A DNA stretch of 64,000 nucleotides from an uncultured Aliarcobacter sp. (GCA_963664305.2 CAXXLV010000001.1:736001-800000); one strand, 5' to 3'; counted from the first letter of the stretch, positions 48,110-59,140 are shown. The notes: generated from the sequence alone by a model not told the origin. A program made the numbers and translations.

Positions 48110-49825
48110 TTACATGTTTACTTGTATTTGATTTCTACCTTTGTTTTTAGCCTTATAAAGTGCTATATCAGCACGAGAAATTACATCTTCTATACTTACA
48201 TCTGTTTCTTTTAAAGAATCAATTCCTCCACTTATAGTGAAGAATAGATTTATCTGATTTGTAATAAAAGGATTTGTTTCTCTTTCTTCTCTGATTTTAT
48301 TAGCTACGATAAAGGCTTGTTCTTTTGTAGTATTTGGAAGAAGTATAACAAACTCTTCTCCTCCAACACGACTTATGATATCTGATTGTCTATGTTTTTT
48401 TAATTGACTTGCAAACTCGATAATTACTTTGTCCCCTACTTTATGACCATAGGTGTCATTTATTATTTTGAAATTATCAATATCAAAGATGATTAAACTA
48501 AGAGGTTGGTTTTCTCTTTTTGATAAATAAATCAATTTTTTACTAATCTCATATAAAAATCTTCTATTGTATAGATTTGTCATAGAGTCTGTATTTGCTA
48601 AATGTTTCAGTTTTTCTTTTGACTCTTCTAGTTCTTTTGTTCTCTCTTTTATCTTTATTTCTAAATCATCTTTAGAGGATTGAAGTATATATAACTTCTC
48701 CTCTTCCAAAAGTTTTATTCTATATGCTAAAGCTAAAGAGAATAAAATAATCTCAAATAATGACCCGATTATAATTCCATGTCTTGAGATGTTTGAATAT
48801 TCAAGATAACCATACGCAGATAATGAAAAAAGAGTTGATAAACTCAAATAAGGTACTTGTGCCATCAAATAAAATCTTGCTATTTTATTTCTATTTTCTA
48901 AGCTTTTAAAACCAACAAAAAGTAAAAAAGGTATTGTGATACTAGCTAATGCATTAATTGCAGGAATAACTACTTTAAAATCAATTAGTGCTATGAATGT
49001 AAATATCATAAAAACAATTGCAATAGATTTTAGAATAAAATCAATTTTGGGTAGATTTGATTTTGTATCTAAAATTGACCTACTAAATTGGGTCATAAAT
49101 CCAAGCATCAATGGAATAGAACTTGATAATATATAAAAATTTTCTTTATTTAAAAATGCATTTGTTGGTGGAATAGCATTCATAATTATTTGCCAAATAA
49201 GAAAAGATGAAACATAAAGGACATAATATAAATAAGCTATATCATTACCGTATAAATAAATTACAAAATTGTATAAAATCAACGCAATTATCGCACCAAA
49301 AATAAATATATAAAAGATATTGTGTTTATATATATCTTTTTCAAAACTTAAATCATCATGCAACTCAAACGAGATAAATAGTGGATATATAGATTCTATT
49401 TTTATGTAAATAGTTTTTAGTTCATTTTCTTCTAAAGTTAGATTTACTTTTGGAAGAGATGGAAGTTGTCCAACAAAAATTTGTTTTGTTTCTAAATCAG
49501 ATTTTTCATATATCTCTACATTATCTAAATATGATTCAGAAATTACTAGATTTGTATTTTTTGTTTGAAAAGTTTCATTTTTTATTAATATTTTATACCA
49601 AAAGGTAGAACCTGTGATATATCCATTACTTATCTTATTTGAAACTTTTTTAAAAGTATCAATCTTTTCTATATCTTGGATATTTAGGCTATTTGATTTA
49701 TCTTCAAATTCATAAATAGGAAAATCATGATACGATACTTTTTTATCATTCAATTTTACAAAATCATCGGCATGTATTAATGTAAAAAAGAATAATAAAA
49801 TAAGTATCAGTCTGTGTTTATTCAT
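48110..49825 (-). CDS. 7TM-DISM sensor diguanylate cyclase
   Basis: Periplasmic domain, 7 TM, DIDNFK.INDTYGH, GGEEF. Confidence 0.92.
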   Translation of the reverse strand: MNKHRLILILLFFFTLIHADDFVKLNDKKVSYHDFPIYEFEDKSNSLNIQDIEKIDTFKKVSNKISNGYITGSTFWYKILIKNETFQTKNTNLVISESYLDNVEIYEKSDLETKQIFVGQLPSLPKVNLTLEENELKTIYIKIESIYPLFISFELHDDLSFEKDIYKHNIFYIFIFGAIIALILYNFVIYLYGNDIAYLYYVLYVSSFLIWQIIMNAIPPTNAFLNKENFYILSSSIPLMLGFMTQFSRSILDTKSNLPKIDFILKSIAIVFMIFTFIALIDFKVVIPAINALASITIPFLLFVGFKSLENRNKIARFYLMAQVPYLSLSTLFSLSAYGYLEYSNISRHGIIIGSLFEIILFSLALAYRIKLLEEEKLYILQSSKDDLEIKIKERTKELEESKEKLKHLANTDSMTNLYNRRFLYEISKKLIYLSKRENQPLSLIIFDIDNFKIINDTYGHKVGDKVIIEFASQLKKHRQSDIISRVGGEEFVILLPNTTKEQAFIVANKIREERETNPFITNQINLFFTISGGIDSLKETDVSIEDVISRADIALYKAKNKGRNQIQVNM

Positions 49826-49828
49826 CTA

Positions 49829-50557
49829 TTATTTAAATGTCTCTTCTAAAACTTCTGTAAATCTTTTCCAAGATTTTTTATCTGCATCTTCCCTATAACT
49901 TTTTGCTCCAAATACTGTAAAAGCATGAGGTGCTCCACTATAAGTTATCATTTCATGGTTAAGTCCAGTTTTTTCTAGTTCTACTGCTAAATCAGCAAAT
50001 TCACTAAAAGGTACAACTGTATCTGCACTTCCATGGAAAACTACAATTTTCCCTTTTGTGTTTTTATAATCTTCTCCTGCTGGTGTTGCTAGATTTCCAT
50101 GGAAAGGAACAAATGCTTTTAAATCAGCTCCACTTCTTGCCATCTCTAAAATAGAACTTCCACCAAAACAATAACCCATTCCTAAAGAATTAGTTGTATT
50201 AAGTCCTAGTTTTTTTGCCTCTTCAAAACCTGCATTTAATCTTTTTCTCATCTCTTCTCTATTATCATATAAAGATTTTGTCATCGCTTTTTTATCTGCT
50301 AGTTCGGTTGGACGAATACCTTTTCCATATAAATCAACTGCAAAAACTGAATAACCTAAATCTTTTAACATAGAAGCTCTTTTTATTTCATAATCAGTAA
50401 TTCCATCCCAATCATGAACCATATAGACTAATGGAGCATTTTTTGATGCAGTTACATAGTAACCTTCATAATCTTTTCCATCAATTTTATAAGTAATATT
50501 CCCATCTGCAAAAGCAAGTGAGGCTAAAGTAACCATAGATAAAACAAATTTTTTCAT
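49829..50557 (-). CDS. Exported dienelactone hydrolase-family protein
   Basis: Signal peptide; GYCFGG, HGSAD, HAF. Confidence 0.92.
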   Translation of the reverse strand: MKKFVLSMVTLASLAFADGNITYKIDGKDYEGYYVTASKNAPLVYMVHDWDGITDYEIKRASMLKDLGYSVFAVDLYGKGIRPTELADKKAMTKSLYDNREEMRKRLNAGFEEAKKLGLNTTNSLGMGYCFGGSSILEMARSGADLKAFVPFHGNLATPAGEDYKNTKGKIVVFHGSADTVVPFSEFADLAVELEKTGLNHEMITYSGAPHAFTVFGAKSYREDADKKSWKRFTEVLEETFK

Positions 50558-50566
50558 TTATTTTCC

Positions 50567-51061
50567 TCATTTTAATTCTAATTCTTCTTTGTGGAAGAAA
50601 CTATTAATTCCATTGAATCCTTCTAAAAAGTATAAGTAGTGATTTACTTGATAGATTTCTTCTTCACTAACTTTTCCTTTAAGGCTTGGCATAGTTTTAA
50701 AATGTCTTATTACACCTTCTAAACAGATAGTTTTTGCTCTATCTGGATTAAATAGATAATCTTTCATAAACTCTTCTGTTTGATGGAGTTGAAACTCTAT
50801 ATCATCTCTATGACCGATTTGTTGTTTTAATCTAAAAGAGATTTCATTTCCAGTTGGAGCTTTTAGATTTAACAGTTTATTATTTTCTTCTATAAAATTT
50901 TTCATTAAAAGTGGAATATCCATATATTTTTCATGGCATTCCATACATTTTTTTTCAAAAACTTTTTCACCTTTTTCGTAAAGAAGTTTATCAAATTCTT
51001 CAGGAACTTCTGAAGCAAAAACAGCACTTAAAAACACCAATAAACTTACTATTGTTTTCAT
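50567..51061 (-). CDS. Monoheme cytochrome c
   Basis: Signal peptide, CMECH, distal MP; SD AAGGAG before ATG 51061. Confidence 0.85.
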   Translation of the reverse strand: MKTIVSLLVFLSAVFASEVPEEFDKLLYEKGEKVFEKKCMECHEKYMDIPLLMKNFIEENNKLLNLKAPTGNEISFRLKQQIGHRDDIEFQLHQTEEFMKDYLFNPDRAKTICLEGVIRHFKTMPSLKGKVSEEEIYQVNHYLYFLEGFNGINSFFHKEELELK

Positions 51062-51147
51062 TGTAACTCCTTTTTTTAATTCTATCACAAAAAAATAGTT
51101 TCAAATAAATTTTTTCGATAAAATTATAAAAACAAAAAAGAGGATAT

Positions 51148-51618
51148 ATGGCCTTAGAAATAGAAAGAAAATACCTTGTAGATTTTGAAAAACTTGGAAC
51201 TTTAGAAAATGGAAATAGAATAAAACAAGGTTATTTATCAACAAATAAAGATGCAGTTGTTCGAGTGCGAGTAAAAAATGATAAAGCATATTTAACTATA
51301 AAAGGTTCAAACATTGGAGCAACTAGATTGGAATTTGAATATGAAATACCACTAGATGAAGCAAATGAAATGCTTGATAAACTTTGTCAAAAACCAGTTA
51401 TTGATAAAACAAGATATTTGATAGATTATGAAAATCATACTTTTGAACTTGATATTTTTTATGGTGACAATGATGGTTTAGTTGTTGCAGAAGTTGAACT
51501 TTTAGATGAAAATGAAACTATAAAACTTCCTTCTTGGATAAAAGAAGAAGTTACATCAGATGAAAGATATTACAACTCAAATTTGATGAAAAATCCATAT
51601 AAAAACTGGAAGAAATAA
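51148..51618 (+). CDS. CYTH-domain protein
   Basis: EIERKYL, QGYL, RVRV, EFEYEIP, AEVEL. Confidence 0.93.
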   Translation: MALEIERKYLVDFEKLGTLENGNRIKQGYLSTNKDAVVRVRVKNDKAYLTIKGSNIGATRLEFEYEIPLDEANEMLDKLCQKPVIDKTRYLIDYENHTFELDIFYGDNDGLVVAEVELLDENETIKLPSWIKEEVTSDERYYNSNLMKNPYKNWKK

Positions 51619-51640
51619 AGAGAATAAATTCTCTTTATTT
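51613..51640. terminator. Bidirectional terminator between CYTH and hcp
   Basis: AAATAAAGAGAAT-AA-ATTCTCTTTATTT. Confidence 0.85.
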
Positions 51641-52966
51641 TTATGCAATAAGAAGTTTTTTCAAATCATCTTTTGCATTTGTTGTAAGTGTAAGATTGAA
51701 GTTTTCAGCTAAAAAGTTGAAAATATCTTCATTTACAAATTGTGGAGGTTTTGGTCCAAGATAGATATTTTTCACTCCAAGTGAGAATAAAGCTAAAAGA
51801 ATAATTACTGCTTTTTGCTCCATCCATGATAAAACGATTGATACTGGTAAATCATTGATTGGGGTTTTAAGTGCATCACTTAAAGCTTTAGCAATTTCTA
51901 CTGCCCCATAAGAGTCATTACATTGTCCTAAGTCTAAATATCTAGGAATTCCAGTTCCTTCAATCTCTCCAAAATCAATATCGTTAAATCTAAATTTCCC
52001 ACAAGATGAAGTTAAAATAATAGTGTCTTTTGGTAAGTTTTGTGTTAATTCTCTATAATATTCTCCTGGTTTTCCTGGCGCATCACAACCTGCAATTACA
52101 AAGAATTGTTTGATTTTTCCTTCTTCTATAGCTTTTAAAATTTGAGGAGTTAGTGTTAGAACTGTTTTATAGTTGTGACCAGTTACAAGTGTTGTATCTT
52201 CATTTAAATCAATTCCATTCGCATCAGGACAAGCTAAAGTTCTTTCGATTAATGCAGTAAAATCATAATTTTCAATAGGAGTTGAACCTTCAATTCCAAC
52301 AATTTTATGTGTAAATACTCTATCAATATAAGAACAATTCTTTTTAGGAGGAACAATACAATTTGTATTTACTACAAATGTTCCTGTAAATTTCTCCATT
52401 AGTTTTGCTTGGTCAAACCATGCTTTTCCTACATTTCCTTTTAGGTGTTTGAATTTTCTTAGTTCTGGATATCCGTGAGCTGGTAACATTTCAGAGTGTG
52501 TATATACATTTATACCTTTGTCTTCTGTTGCAATTAATAGTTTTTCAAAAAACTCTAAATCATGTCCAGAAACTAAAATAGCTTTTCCTTCAACTTTGTT
52601 TTGAGGAACTCTAACTGGTGTTGGAATACCAAATTTATTTGTATGTGCTTCACCTAATAAATTCATCACTTTAACTCCAGCACTTCCAACTTTCATTAGT
52701 TGATTGATATGGTCATTAAAATTAAAGTTTACATTTGTAAGCGTAAAGTATAAAGTCTCACTCATAACATCATCTATCTCTTTTGTAAGTTCTGGTTTAA
52801 AAGTGTTTAGGTGTTCTCTATATGCACTAAGACCTTTTAAACCAAAAATCATAATATCTTGTAATCTTGATAGATTTTCATCTTTTCCACACGTTCCAAC
52901 TGTTGCTCCAGTACTTCCACAACCACCTTTTTGACTCATTTCACATTGATAACAAAACATACTCAT
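51641..52966 (-). CDS. hcp: Hybrid cluster protein (short form)
   Basis: MFCYQCE, SGHDL, THSEMLPAHGYP, AGCD, DLGQCNDSY, SWMEQKA. Confidence 0.96.
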   Translation of the reverse strand: MSMFCYQCEMSQKGGCGSTGATVGTCGKDENLSRLQDIMIFGLKGLSAYREHLNTFKPELTKEIDDVMSETLYFTLTNVNFNFNDHINQLMKVGSAGVKVMNLLGEAHTNKFGIPTPVRVPQNKVEGKAILVSGHDLEFFEKLLIATEDKGINVYTHSEMLPAHGYPELRKFKHLKGNVGKAWFDQAKLMEKFTGTFVVNTNCIVPPKKNCSYIDRVFTHKIVGIEGSTPIENYDFTALIERTLACPDANGIDLNEDTTLVTGHNYKTVLTLTPQILKAIEEGKIKQFFVIAGCDAPGKPGEYYRELTQNLPKDTIILTSSCGKFRFNDIDFGEIEGTGIPRYLDLGQCNDSYGAVEIAKALSDALKTPINDLPVSIVLSWMEQKAVIILLALFSLGVKNIYLGPKPPQFVNEDIFNFLAENFNLTLTTNAKDDLKKLLIA

Positions 52967-53022
52967 ATTTATAATCCTTAAAAAATTTTCAGGAATTATA
53001 GGTATTTAGATATGCTCAATCA

Positions 53023-53036
53023 TTGATTGTAATCAA
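53023..53036. promoter_or_regulatory. Crp/Fnr-type (NssR/HcpR-like) box TTGAT-TGTA-ATCAA
   Basis: Perfect TTGAT-N4-ATCAA at class II spacing from the minus-strand TATAAT (52995-53000) of hcp. Confidence 0.85.
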
Positions 53037-53105
53037 TCAGTTGTATTATTTAAATACAAGTTTTAAAACAATACAATACGCGCTTTCATTACAAAAAGGA
53101 TAATT

Positions 53106-53363
53106 ATGTCAAAAGATAGAATCATAGATTTTTTAGATAAACAATTAGAAAATTTAGATAATTTTAATTACAAAATTGATGAAGATGAAAATCATGTTTA
53201 TGCAATTTTTTCAGAAATTTTAGGAAAATATACAAATAAAGAATTAACTTTTAAATTATTAGATGATGTTTTATATTTACATTCTATAACTTATGGTTGG
53301 AAACCAGTAGAAAAAGGTGTAGCAAATAAATATTTTTGGTTAGAAATCCTAAATAAAGCCTAA
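53106..53363 (+). CDS. Hypothetical protein
   Basis: SD AAAGGA; no family recognised. Confidence 0.7.
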   Translation: MSKDRIIDFLDKQLENLDNFNYKIDEDENHVYAIFSEILGKYTNKELTFKLLDDVLYLHSITYGWKPVEKGVANKYFWLEILNKA

Positions 53364-54580
53364 TAAGGCTTCATTTTAGGTGGAAGAGTATTTATATACT
53401 CTTCTATTGAAACTGCTACTCTTTTTGAAAAAGCAACTGCTTCTACAACTGTTCGTGCACCTGTTACCACATCACCTGAAGCGAAAACTCCACGTCTTGT
53501 TGTAACTCCATTTTCATCACTTTGTAATAAACCATTTTCTCCAAGACTTAATCCTGTATTGTTTTTTACAATTAAATCTCTTGCTGTTTGACTAATTGCA
53601 ATTAAAATTGAATCAGCTTTTTCAAATCCAAACCCGTACATTTCATCTGGATTTGTATGTTCAAATTTTATACCCTCTTCTGTAAATTCTAAAGGATTTT
53701 TATATAAATTAAATTTTACACCATCAATTTTTGCATGTTCGATTTCTATTTTTTCAGCTGGTATAGAATCTTCACCTTTTCTATACATCACTGAAACTTC
53801 TCTTGCCCCATTTCTTATAGCAGTTCTTGCAACATCCATTGCCACATTTCCAGCTCCAACAACTACAACTTTTTTACCTAAATCATACGCTTTTGGAGTT
53901 TTTAAATAATCAATTGCAAAATGTACATTGCCTAAACTTTCACCTTTAATTCCAAGTTTTTTAGGAGCCCAAACACCAGTTCCTATAAATATTGCATCAA
54001 AGCCATCTCTTTGTAAATCATCAAGGGTAATATTTTTACCAATCATTATATTTTTTCTGATTTTTACACCAAGTTTTTTTAGATTTTCTTCGATTTTATC
54101 AAGAATAGTTTTATCAAGTCTAAAATCAGGAATACCAAATCTTAATACTCCACCTATTTGATTATTCCCTTCATACATTGTTACATTGTAACCTTTTAGT
54201 GCCATCATCATAGCTAAGCTTATTCCTGCTGGTCCTGAACCAATAATTGCAAGATTTCTTCCATTTTGAATAGGCTTTTCAAATTCTCTATAATTCATAT
54301 AATAAGTTGATATATAGTTTTCAATCCCACCCACATTTACAGGTGTTGATTTTTTATTTAAAACACAATGTCCTTCACAATGCTTTTCATGGGGACAAAC
54401 AAGTGAACATATGATTGATAATGGATTATTATTAAAAACCATTTCACCAGCTTCTTTTATGTTTCCACTTAAAAAAAGTCTTATCATATCGGCAATTGGG
54501 GTTTTAACAGGACAACCAGTTTGGCATTTTGGTTTTTTGCAGTCAAGGCAAGTTTGTGCAGAATTTATAATGTGTTGCAT
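53360..54580 (-). CDS. GltD/SudA-like Fe-S flavoprotein oxidoreductase
   Basis: CLDCKKPKCQTGCP, CSLVCP..CEGHC, GSGPAG, GAGNVAMD. Confidence 0.9.
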   Translation of the reverse strand: MQHIINSAQTCLDCKKPKCQTGCPVKTPIADMIRLFLSGNIKEAGEMVFNNNPLSIICSLVCPHEKHCEGHCVLNKKSTPVNVGGIENYISTYYMNYREFEKPIQNGRNLAIIGSGPAGISLAMMMALKGYNVTMYEGNNQIGGVLRFGIPDFRLDKTILDKIEENLKKLGVKIRKNIMIGKNITLDDLQRDGFDAIFIGTGVWAPKKLGIKGESLGNVHFAIDYLKTPKAYDLGKKVVVVGAGNVAMDVARTAIRNGAREVSVMYRKGEDSIPAEKIEIEHAKIDGVKFNLYKNPLEFTEEGIKFEHTNPDEMYGFGFEKADSILIAISQTARDLIVKNNTGLSLGENGLLQSDENGVTTRRGVFASGDVVTGARTVVEAVAFSKRVAVSIEEYINTLPPKMKPY

Positions 54581-54735
54581 AATTATCTTCTTTAAAAAAT
54601 TTATATGTAATTATAACAAATAAATTAAATTTTAAAATTAATTTAAAATACTAAGTTTTAATTAGATATCAATTCAACTTATAGTTAGTTATATAAAGAT
54701 ATAATCTAGTAGATTATATTAAAAAAAGGGTTTTA

Positions 54736-55782
54736 ATGTCTCTTGTACGAAAAATAATTTTTTTGCTCGTATGTTTTCTTCTTTTAAATGTTTTTTCAAT
54801 TTATGGGTTTGATTACAAAGAATATTTTGAAAATAAAAATAACACTTCCTTACGTGATGATAGTTTTACAGATAAAATTTTCAATATCTTTAGAGATGAA
54901 GATGAAGATAAACCTTTCACTTTTACTTTAGTTAAAAAAGACGGTGTTATTGAAATGTCAGGTATCTTTAAAAATGAATCTGAAGCACAAAAAATAGCAG
55001 ATTTTTTAACTGTAAATCGAGAAGGTGATTATAAATTTGAAGAAAATAGAGTTTTAGATGAGGCTTTAGTAGAAAATTTAATTACACTAATTACTCCATT
55101 TAAGGATTTTTTTGCTGATGATTCAAAAATCATAGTAAGTGACAATGAAGTTACAATTTCAGGTGTTTTAAAAGATGCAAACTATAAAGATTTACTTGAT
55201 ACCCTTTTAACAAGAGTAAATTTAGATTTAAAAACAGAAATAAAACTTCCAAGTGAAGTAGCACAAGAAAATTTTGCTGATTCAAATGAACAAAAAGATG
55301 AAGTTGTAGAAAATAAAAATGCAGTAGAACCTACAGTTGAAAATAAAGTAGTGCAAGAGTTACCAAAAGAGAAAAAAGTAGAAGAGATTATCTCTAAAGT
55401 CACTGCACCAAATATCAAAGATGTTCAAACAGAAATTAACAATATTCTTAAAGTTAAAAAGATTACTTTTGAAAGAAGAAGTTCAGCTATGACAGAAGAG
55501 TCAAAAGCTGTTGTTTTAGATATTTCAAAAATCTTAAAATCTTATCCAACTCTAAAAGTTGAAGTTGCTGGTCATACTGATTCAAGAGGAAAAGATGATT
55601 TAAATAAACAAATTTCACAAGATAGAGCAAATAGTGTGAAAGAGTTTTTAGTTGGATTAGGTATAAATGAAAATAGAATTACTGCCGTTGGTTATGGAGA
55701 AGAATTCCCAATAGCAAAAGATGATGAAAATGGTTTATCTGAAATAAATAGAAGAGTTGAATTTAACATTTTAGGAGAATAA
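54736..55782 (+). CDS. OmpA-like peptidoglycan-binding protein
   Basis: GHTDSRG..N..ISQDRA, GYGE, NRRVEF. Confidence 0.9.
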   Translation: MSLVRKIIFLLVCFLLLNVFSIYGFDYKEYFENKNNTSLRDDSFTDKIFNIFRDEDEDKPFTFTLVKKDGVIEMSGIFKNESEAQKIADFLTVNREGDYKFEENRVLDEALVENLITLITPFKDFFADDSKIIVSDNEVTISGVLKDANYKDLLDTLLTRVNLDLKTEIKLPSEVAQENFADSNEQKDEVVENKNAVEPTVENKVVQELPKEKKVEEIISKVTAPNIKDVQTEINNILKVKKITFERRSSAMTEESKAVVLDISKILKSYPTLKVEVAGHTDSRGKDDLNKQISQDRANSVKEFLVGLGINENRITAVGYGEEFPIAKDDENGLSEINRRVEFNILGE

Positions 55783-55785
55783 TCT

Positions 55786-56271
55786 ATGTTTGAAGTTGCT
55801 TCGTTAATAGTAACAAATTTGCTAATCGCGCTTATTATTGGGATAGTCTTAGGTTATATAATTGCTAAAGCAAATAATCCAGCTATAAAAACTGCGAAAA
55901 CTGATGCTTCATTTGAAATTAAAATGGATTCAAAAAATATAGCAGCAATTAATCCAATGTTTAAAAGAAGTTCTCCATTACACTTTAAACCTCTAGTTTT
56001 AAGTTTTCCAAGACCTACAGGAAAAGATAATCTTAAAAAGATAAAAGGTATTAATACTAAAATAGAAACAGATTTAAACAATCTGGGAATTTATCATTTT
56101 GACCAAATTGCTAAATGGTCAAATAAAAATGCAGAGTGGGTAGAAGCTTATTTAACAATACCTGGTTGTGCTAAAAACAATCAATGGATTGATCAAGCTA
56201 AAATTCTTCAAACAGGAAATGAGACTATTTATAGTCAAAAAGTTATGGATGGAGAAATAGAAGTAGATTAA
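55786..56271 (+). CDS. Membrane-anchored protein with HhH-like C-terminal domain
   Basis: N-terminal TM; DNLKKIKGI..LNNLGIYHFDQIAKW..WIDQAK. Confidence 0.7.
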   Translation: MFEVASLIVTNLLIALIIGIVLGYIIAKANNPAIKTAKTDASFEIKMDSKNIAAINPMFKRSSPLHFKPLVLSFPRPTGKDNLKKIKGINTKIETDLNNLGIYHFDQIAKWSNKNAEWVEAYLTIPGCAKNNQWIDQAKILQTGNETIYSQKVMDGEIEVD

Positions 56272-56280
56272 AAAATTAAT

Positions 56281-57267
56281 CTACTCTTTTATTTTTACTA
56301 CATATCTTCCTACAGCTTTTCCTGATAATAAATGCTCATAAGCCTCTTTTATTTCATTTAATGTAATTTCATTTGTTATATTACTTAATGTATTTATTTT
56401 CCATCTGCTAGCAAGTTTTTCCCACGCAGCTTGTTTTTTCTCTAATTTACACTCAACTGAATCAATACCAATTAATCTAACACCTCTTAAAATAAATGGA
56501 AATACATTTGTATTTAATTCATGAGAAGATGTTAATCCACAACAAGTAGCAACACCATCATATTTTATTTGCTTTAACGCTTGTGCTAAGATTTCACCAC
56601 CAACTGTATCAACAACACCTGCATATTTTTCACTTAATAATGGTCTATTAGATGAATCAAGGAACTCATCTCTTGATATAACTTCATTTGCTCCAATTCT
56701 TTTTAAGTACTCTGCTTTTTCTTTTTTCCCAGAAAGTGCTGTAACGTTGTACCCTAATTTACTTAATATCGAAACAGTAATTGAGCCAACACCACCTGTT
56801 GCACCAGTTACTAAAATATCTCCAGATTCAGCTTTTACACCATTTGAAATAAGTTCACTAATACTTAATGCTGCCGTTAATCCTGCTGTTCCAAAAGTCA
56901 TTATCTCTTTATCTGTGATTGAATCAGGAATTCTAGCAACCCAAGAAGCTGGAACTTTTACATATTCAGCATGTCCACCATCTGTATTCATTCCCATATC
57001 ATAACCAGTTACTAAAACTCTTTCACCTACTTTAAATATAGTTGATGTTGATTCATATACAGTTCCTGCCACATCAATTCCTGTTATGTGAGGAAATTTT
57101 CTTGTAACTCCAGGATTTCCAACTGAACTTAATGCATCTTTATAATTTAATGAAGAGTAACTAACTTTTATAACAATTTCATTTTCTTTACATTTAGGTA
57201 TAGGTAACTCTTTTATTTCTGTTGTAAATTCTTTATCTGTGATTTTTTCAACTACAAAAGCTTTCAT
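56281..57267 (-). CDS. YhdH/AcuI-family oxidoreductase
   Basis: YSSLNYKDAL, TGATGGVGS, PFILRGVRLIGIDSV. Confidence 0.93.
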   Translation of the reverse strand: MKAFVVEKITDKEFTTEIKELPIPKCKENEIVIKVSYSSLNYKDALSSVGNPGVTRKFPHITGIDVAGTVYESTSTIFKVGERVLVTGYDMGMNTDGGHAEYVKVPASWVARIPDSITDKEIMTFGTAGLTAALSISELISNGVKAESGDILVTGATGGVGSITVSILSKLGYNVTALSGKKEKAEYLKRIGANEVISRDEFLDSSNRPLLSEKYAGVVDTVGGEILAQALKQIKYDGVATCCGLTSSHELNTNVFPFILRGVRLIGIDSVECKLEKKQAAWEKLASRWKINTLSNITNEITLNEIKEAYEHLLSGKAVGRYVVKIKE

Positions 57268-57381
57268 TAATTTTCTCCTTAACTTATTTACTTTAATTAT
57301 AACTTTATCTAAAATATAACAAAAGAACAAGAACTAATTTTAAAGTAATGTACTATCCAAAAAGATACATTTAGAGAAAAA

Positions 57382-57726
57382 ATGAATAAAAAAATTGAAA
57401 ATGAAAATTTTGATAAAGATTTTAAATGTCCCGTAGAAACAGCTATTGACGTGTTAGCAGGAAAGTGGAAAATATTAATTATTTGGTATTTAAGAGATGA
57501 AAAAAAACGATTTAGTGAACTTCAAAAATTATTACCAAATGCAACTCAAAAGATGTTAATACAAAAATTAAGAGAGTTAGAACTTGATGGTTTAGTTCAT
57601 AGAGAAGTTTATCCAGTAGTTCCTCCAAAAGTTGAATACTCTTTGACTGAATATGGAAAAACATTAAAACCTATTTTAAAACAGCTTTACCTTTGGGGAG
57701 ATACTCATAAGAAATTAAATAGTTAA
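57382..57726 (+). CDS. HxlR-family regulator
   Basis: CPVETAIDVLAGKWK, PPKVEYSLT. Confidence 0.93.
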   Translation: MNKKIENENFDKDFKCPVETAIDVLAGKWKILIIWYLRDEKKRFSELQKLLPNATQKMLIQKLRELELDGLVHREVYPVVPPKVEYSLTEYGKTLKPILKQLYLWGDTHKKLNS

Positions 57727-58409
57727 TTTCTTTTAAGTGCAAAATATATCATCATTGATAAACCTGCACTTGAAAGTATTGTACTCATTATCATTATTTG
57801 ATATCTAACGGCAATTAATGGGTCAATTCCTGATAGTATTTGTCCTGTCATCATTCCCGGAAGTGTAACTAATCCAACTGCTAAAAAAGAGTTTATTTGA
57901 GGAATCATCGCTGATTTAAAAGCTATAGCTTTTGATTTCTCTACTGAATCATTTCTATCTACTTCTTTTTCAAATCTTTCTATACACAATGACAAAACAT
58001 TCATAGAGTTTGCAAATATCATCCCTGCAATTGGAATAACATATCTTGGCTCATAAAATGTATCAAAGTCTAGTATAAAATAAATTATTAGAATTAGATG
58101 AAAAATTCCTGATAGTAATATAGAAAGAAAGATATTTATAAAATGAGTTGATGTTTTATTTGATGTATTTCTAATACTAATAAATGTTGAAATCAATATC
58201 ATAAATAGAAGTATTAAACTTCCTATAAAAATATTTTTTTCTTCAAAAATATAAATAAGCAGATAACCAACACCTAAAAGTTGAACAACCATTCTGAATG
58301 TTGCATAAATTATTTCTGTTTTGTTGTTTGTTAATTTCACATAATAAATATATACTAAACTTAAAGGTATTAGTGCATATAAAAGATTTAAAAGTGATAT
58401 TGTTTTCAT
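57723..58409 (-). CDS. FetB/UPF0014-family permease
   Basis: RMVVQL..VGY, GLVTLPGMMTGQIL.G..P..AVRYQI. Confidence 0.9.
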   Translation of the reverse strand: MKTISLLNLLYALIPLSLVYIYYVKLTNNKTEIIYATFRMVVQLLGVGYLLIYIFEEKNIFIGSLILLFMILISTFISIRNTSNKTSTHFINIFLSILLSGIFHLILIIYFILDFDTFYEPRYVIPIAGMIFANSMNVLSLCIERFEKEVDRNDSVEKSKAIAFKSAMIPQINSFLAVGLVTLPGMMTGQILSGIDPLIAVRYQIMIMSTILSSAGLSMMIYFALKRN

Positions 58410-58435
58410 AGATTAAATCTTATCATTTTTTAGAG

Positions 58436-59140
58436 TTAATTTAATACAAATTCTAAAGGTAAATCATATTCAATAAACTCTTTTTTTATTCTATTATCAT
58501 AGGGTAAATATTTTTTTGTATCATATAAAGCATTTAAAGCTGCATTATCAAGTCTTTCTTTATTACTTGATATCAAAATACTAATATCATCAAATAACCC
58601 GTTTTTGAGCACTCTAAAACGCACTATTACTTTACCTTGTTCTTTTAACTTTTTTGAAATAGTTGGATAGTTTTTATTTTTATTTATTTCATCCCTTAGT
58701 TTTTTACCATAATCATCAATTAATGCTTCAATCTCTTTATTTACATTTTCGTTAATTTCATCTATTGTTGAATCTTTTCTAGTGATGTTTTCTTGTGTTA
58801 CATTTTTTTCTTCAGTTTTTGTTGTAATTGTTTCTTCTTTTATTGCTTCTTGTTTTTCAATAACCTTTGATTTTTCAATATTTTTAACATTTTCACTTTT
58901 TTTTAATGATTCTTTTTGAGGAATTTTAGGTATCTCTTTTTTAACTATTGTTTGTTCTTGTTGAGGAGTTTGTTTCTCTTGTTCTTTTTCAACTTTTGAT
59001 ATTTTAGTTAGTTGAATTTGTACACTAGAATATTCTTTTGTATATGGTTTTAGAATTTGAGAATTTTTGTAAAAATATAGGAGTAAAAGGTGGATAACTA
59101 ATACAAAAGAGAAAGATATTAGAATTATTATTCTATTCAT
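58436..59140 (-). CDS. TonB-family energy transducer
   Basis: N-terminal TM with His; YP..SKK..EQGKV, SS...LDNAAL. Confidence 0.88.
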   Translation of the reverse strand: MNRIIILISFSFVLVIHLLLLYFYKNSQILKPYTKEYSSVQIQLTKISKVEKEQEKQTPQQEQTIVKKEIPKIPQKESLKKSENVKNIEKSKVIEKQEAIKEETITTKTEEKNVTQENITRKDSTIDEINENVNKEIEALIDDYGKKLRDEINKNKNYPTISKKLKEQGKVIVRFRVLKNGLFDDISILISSNKERLDNAALNALYDTKKYLPYDNRIKKEFIEYDLPLEFVLN

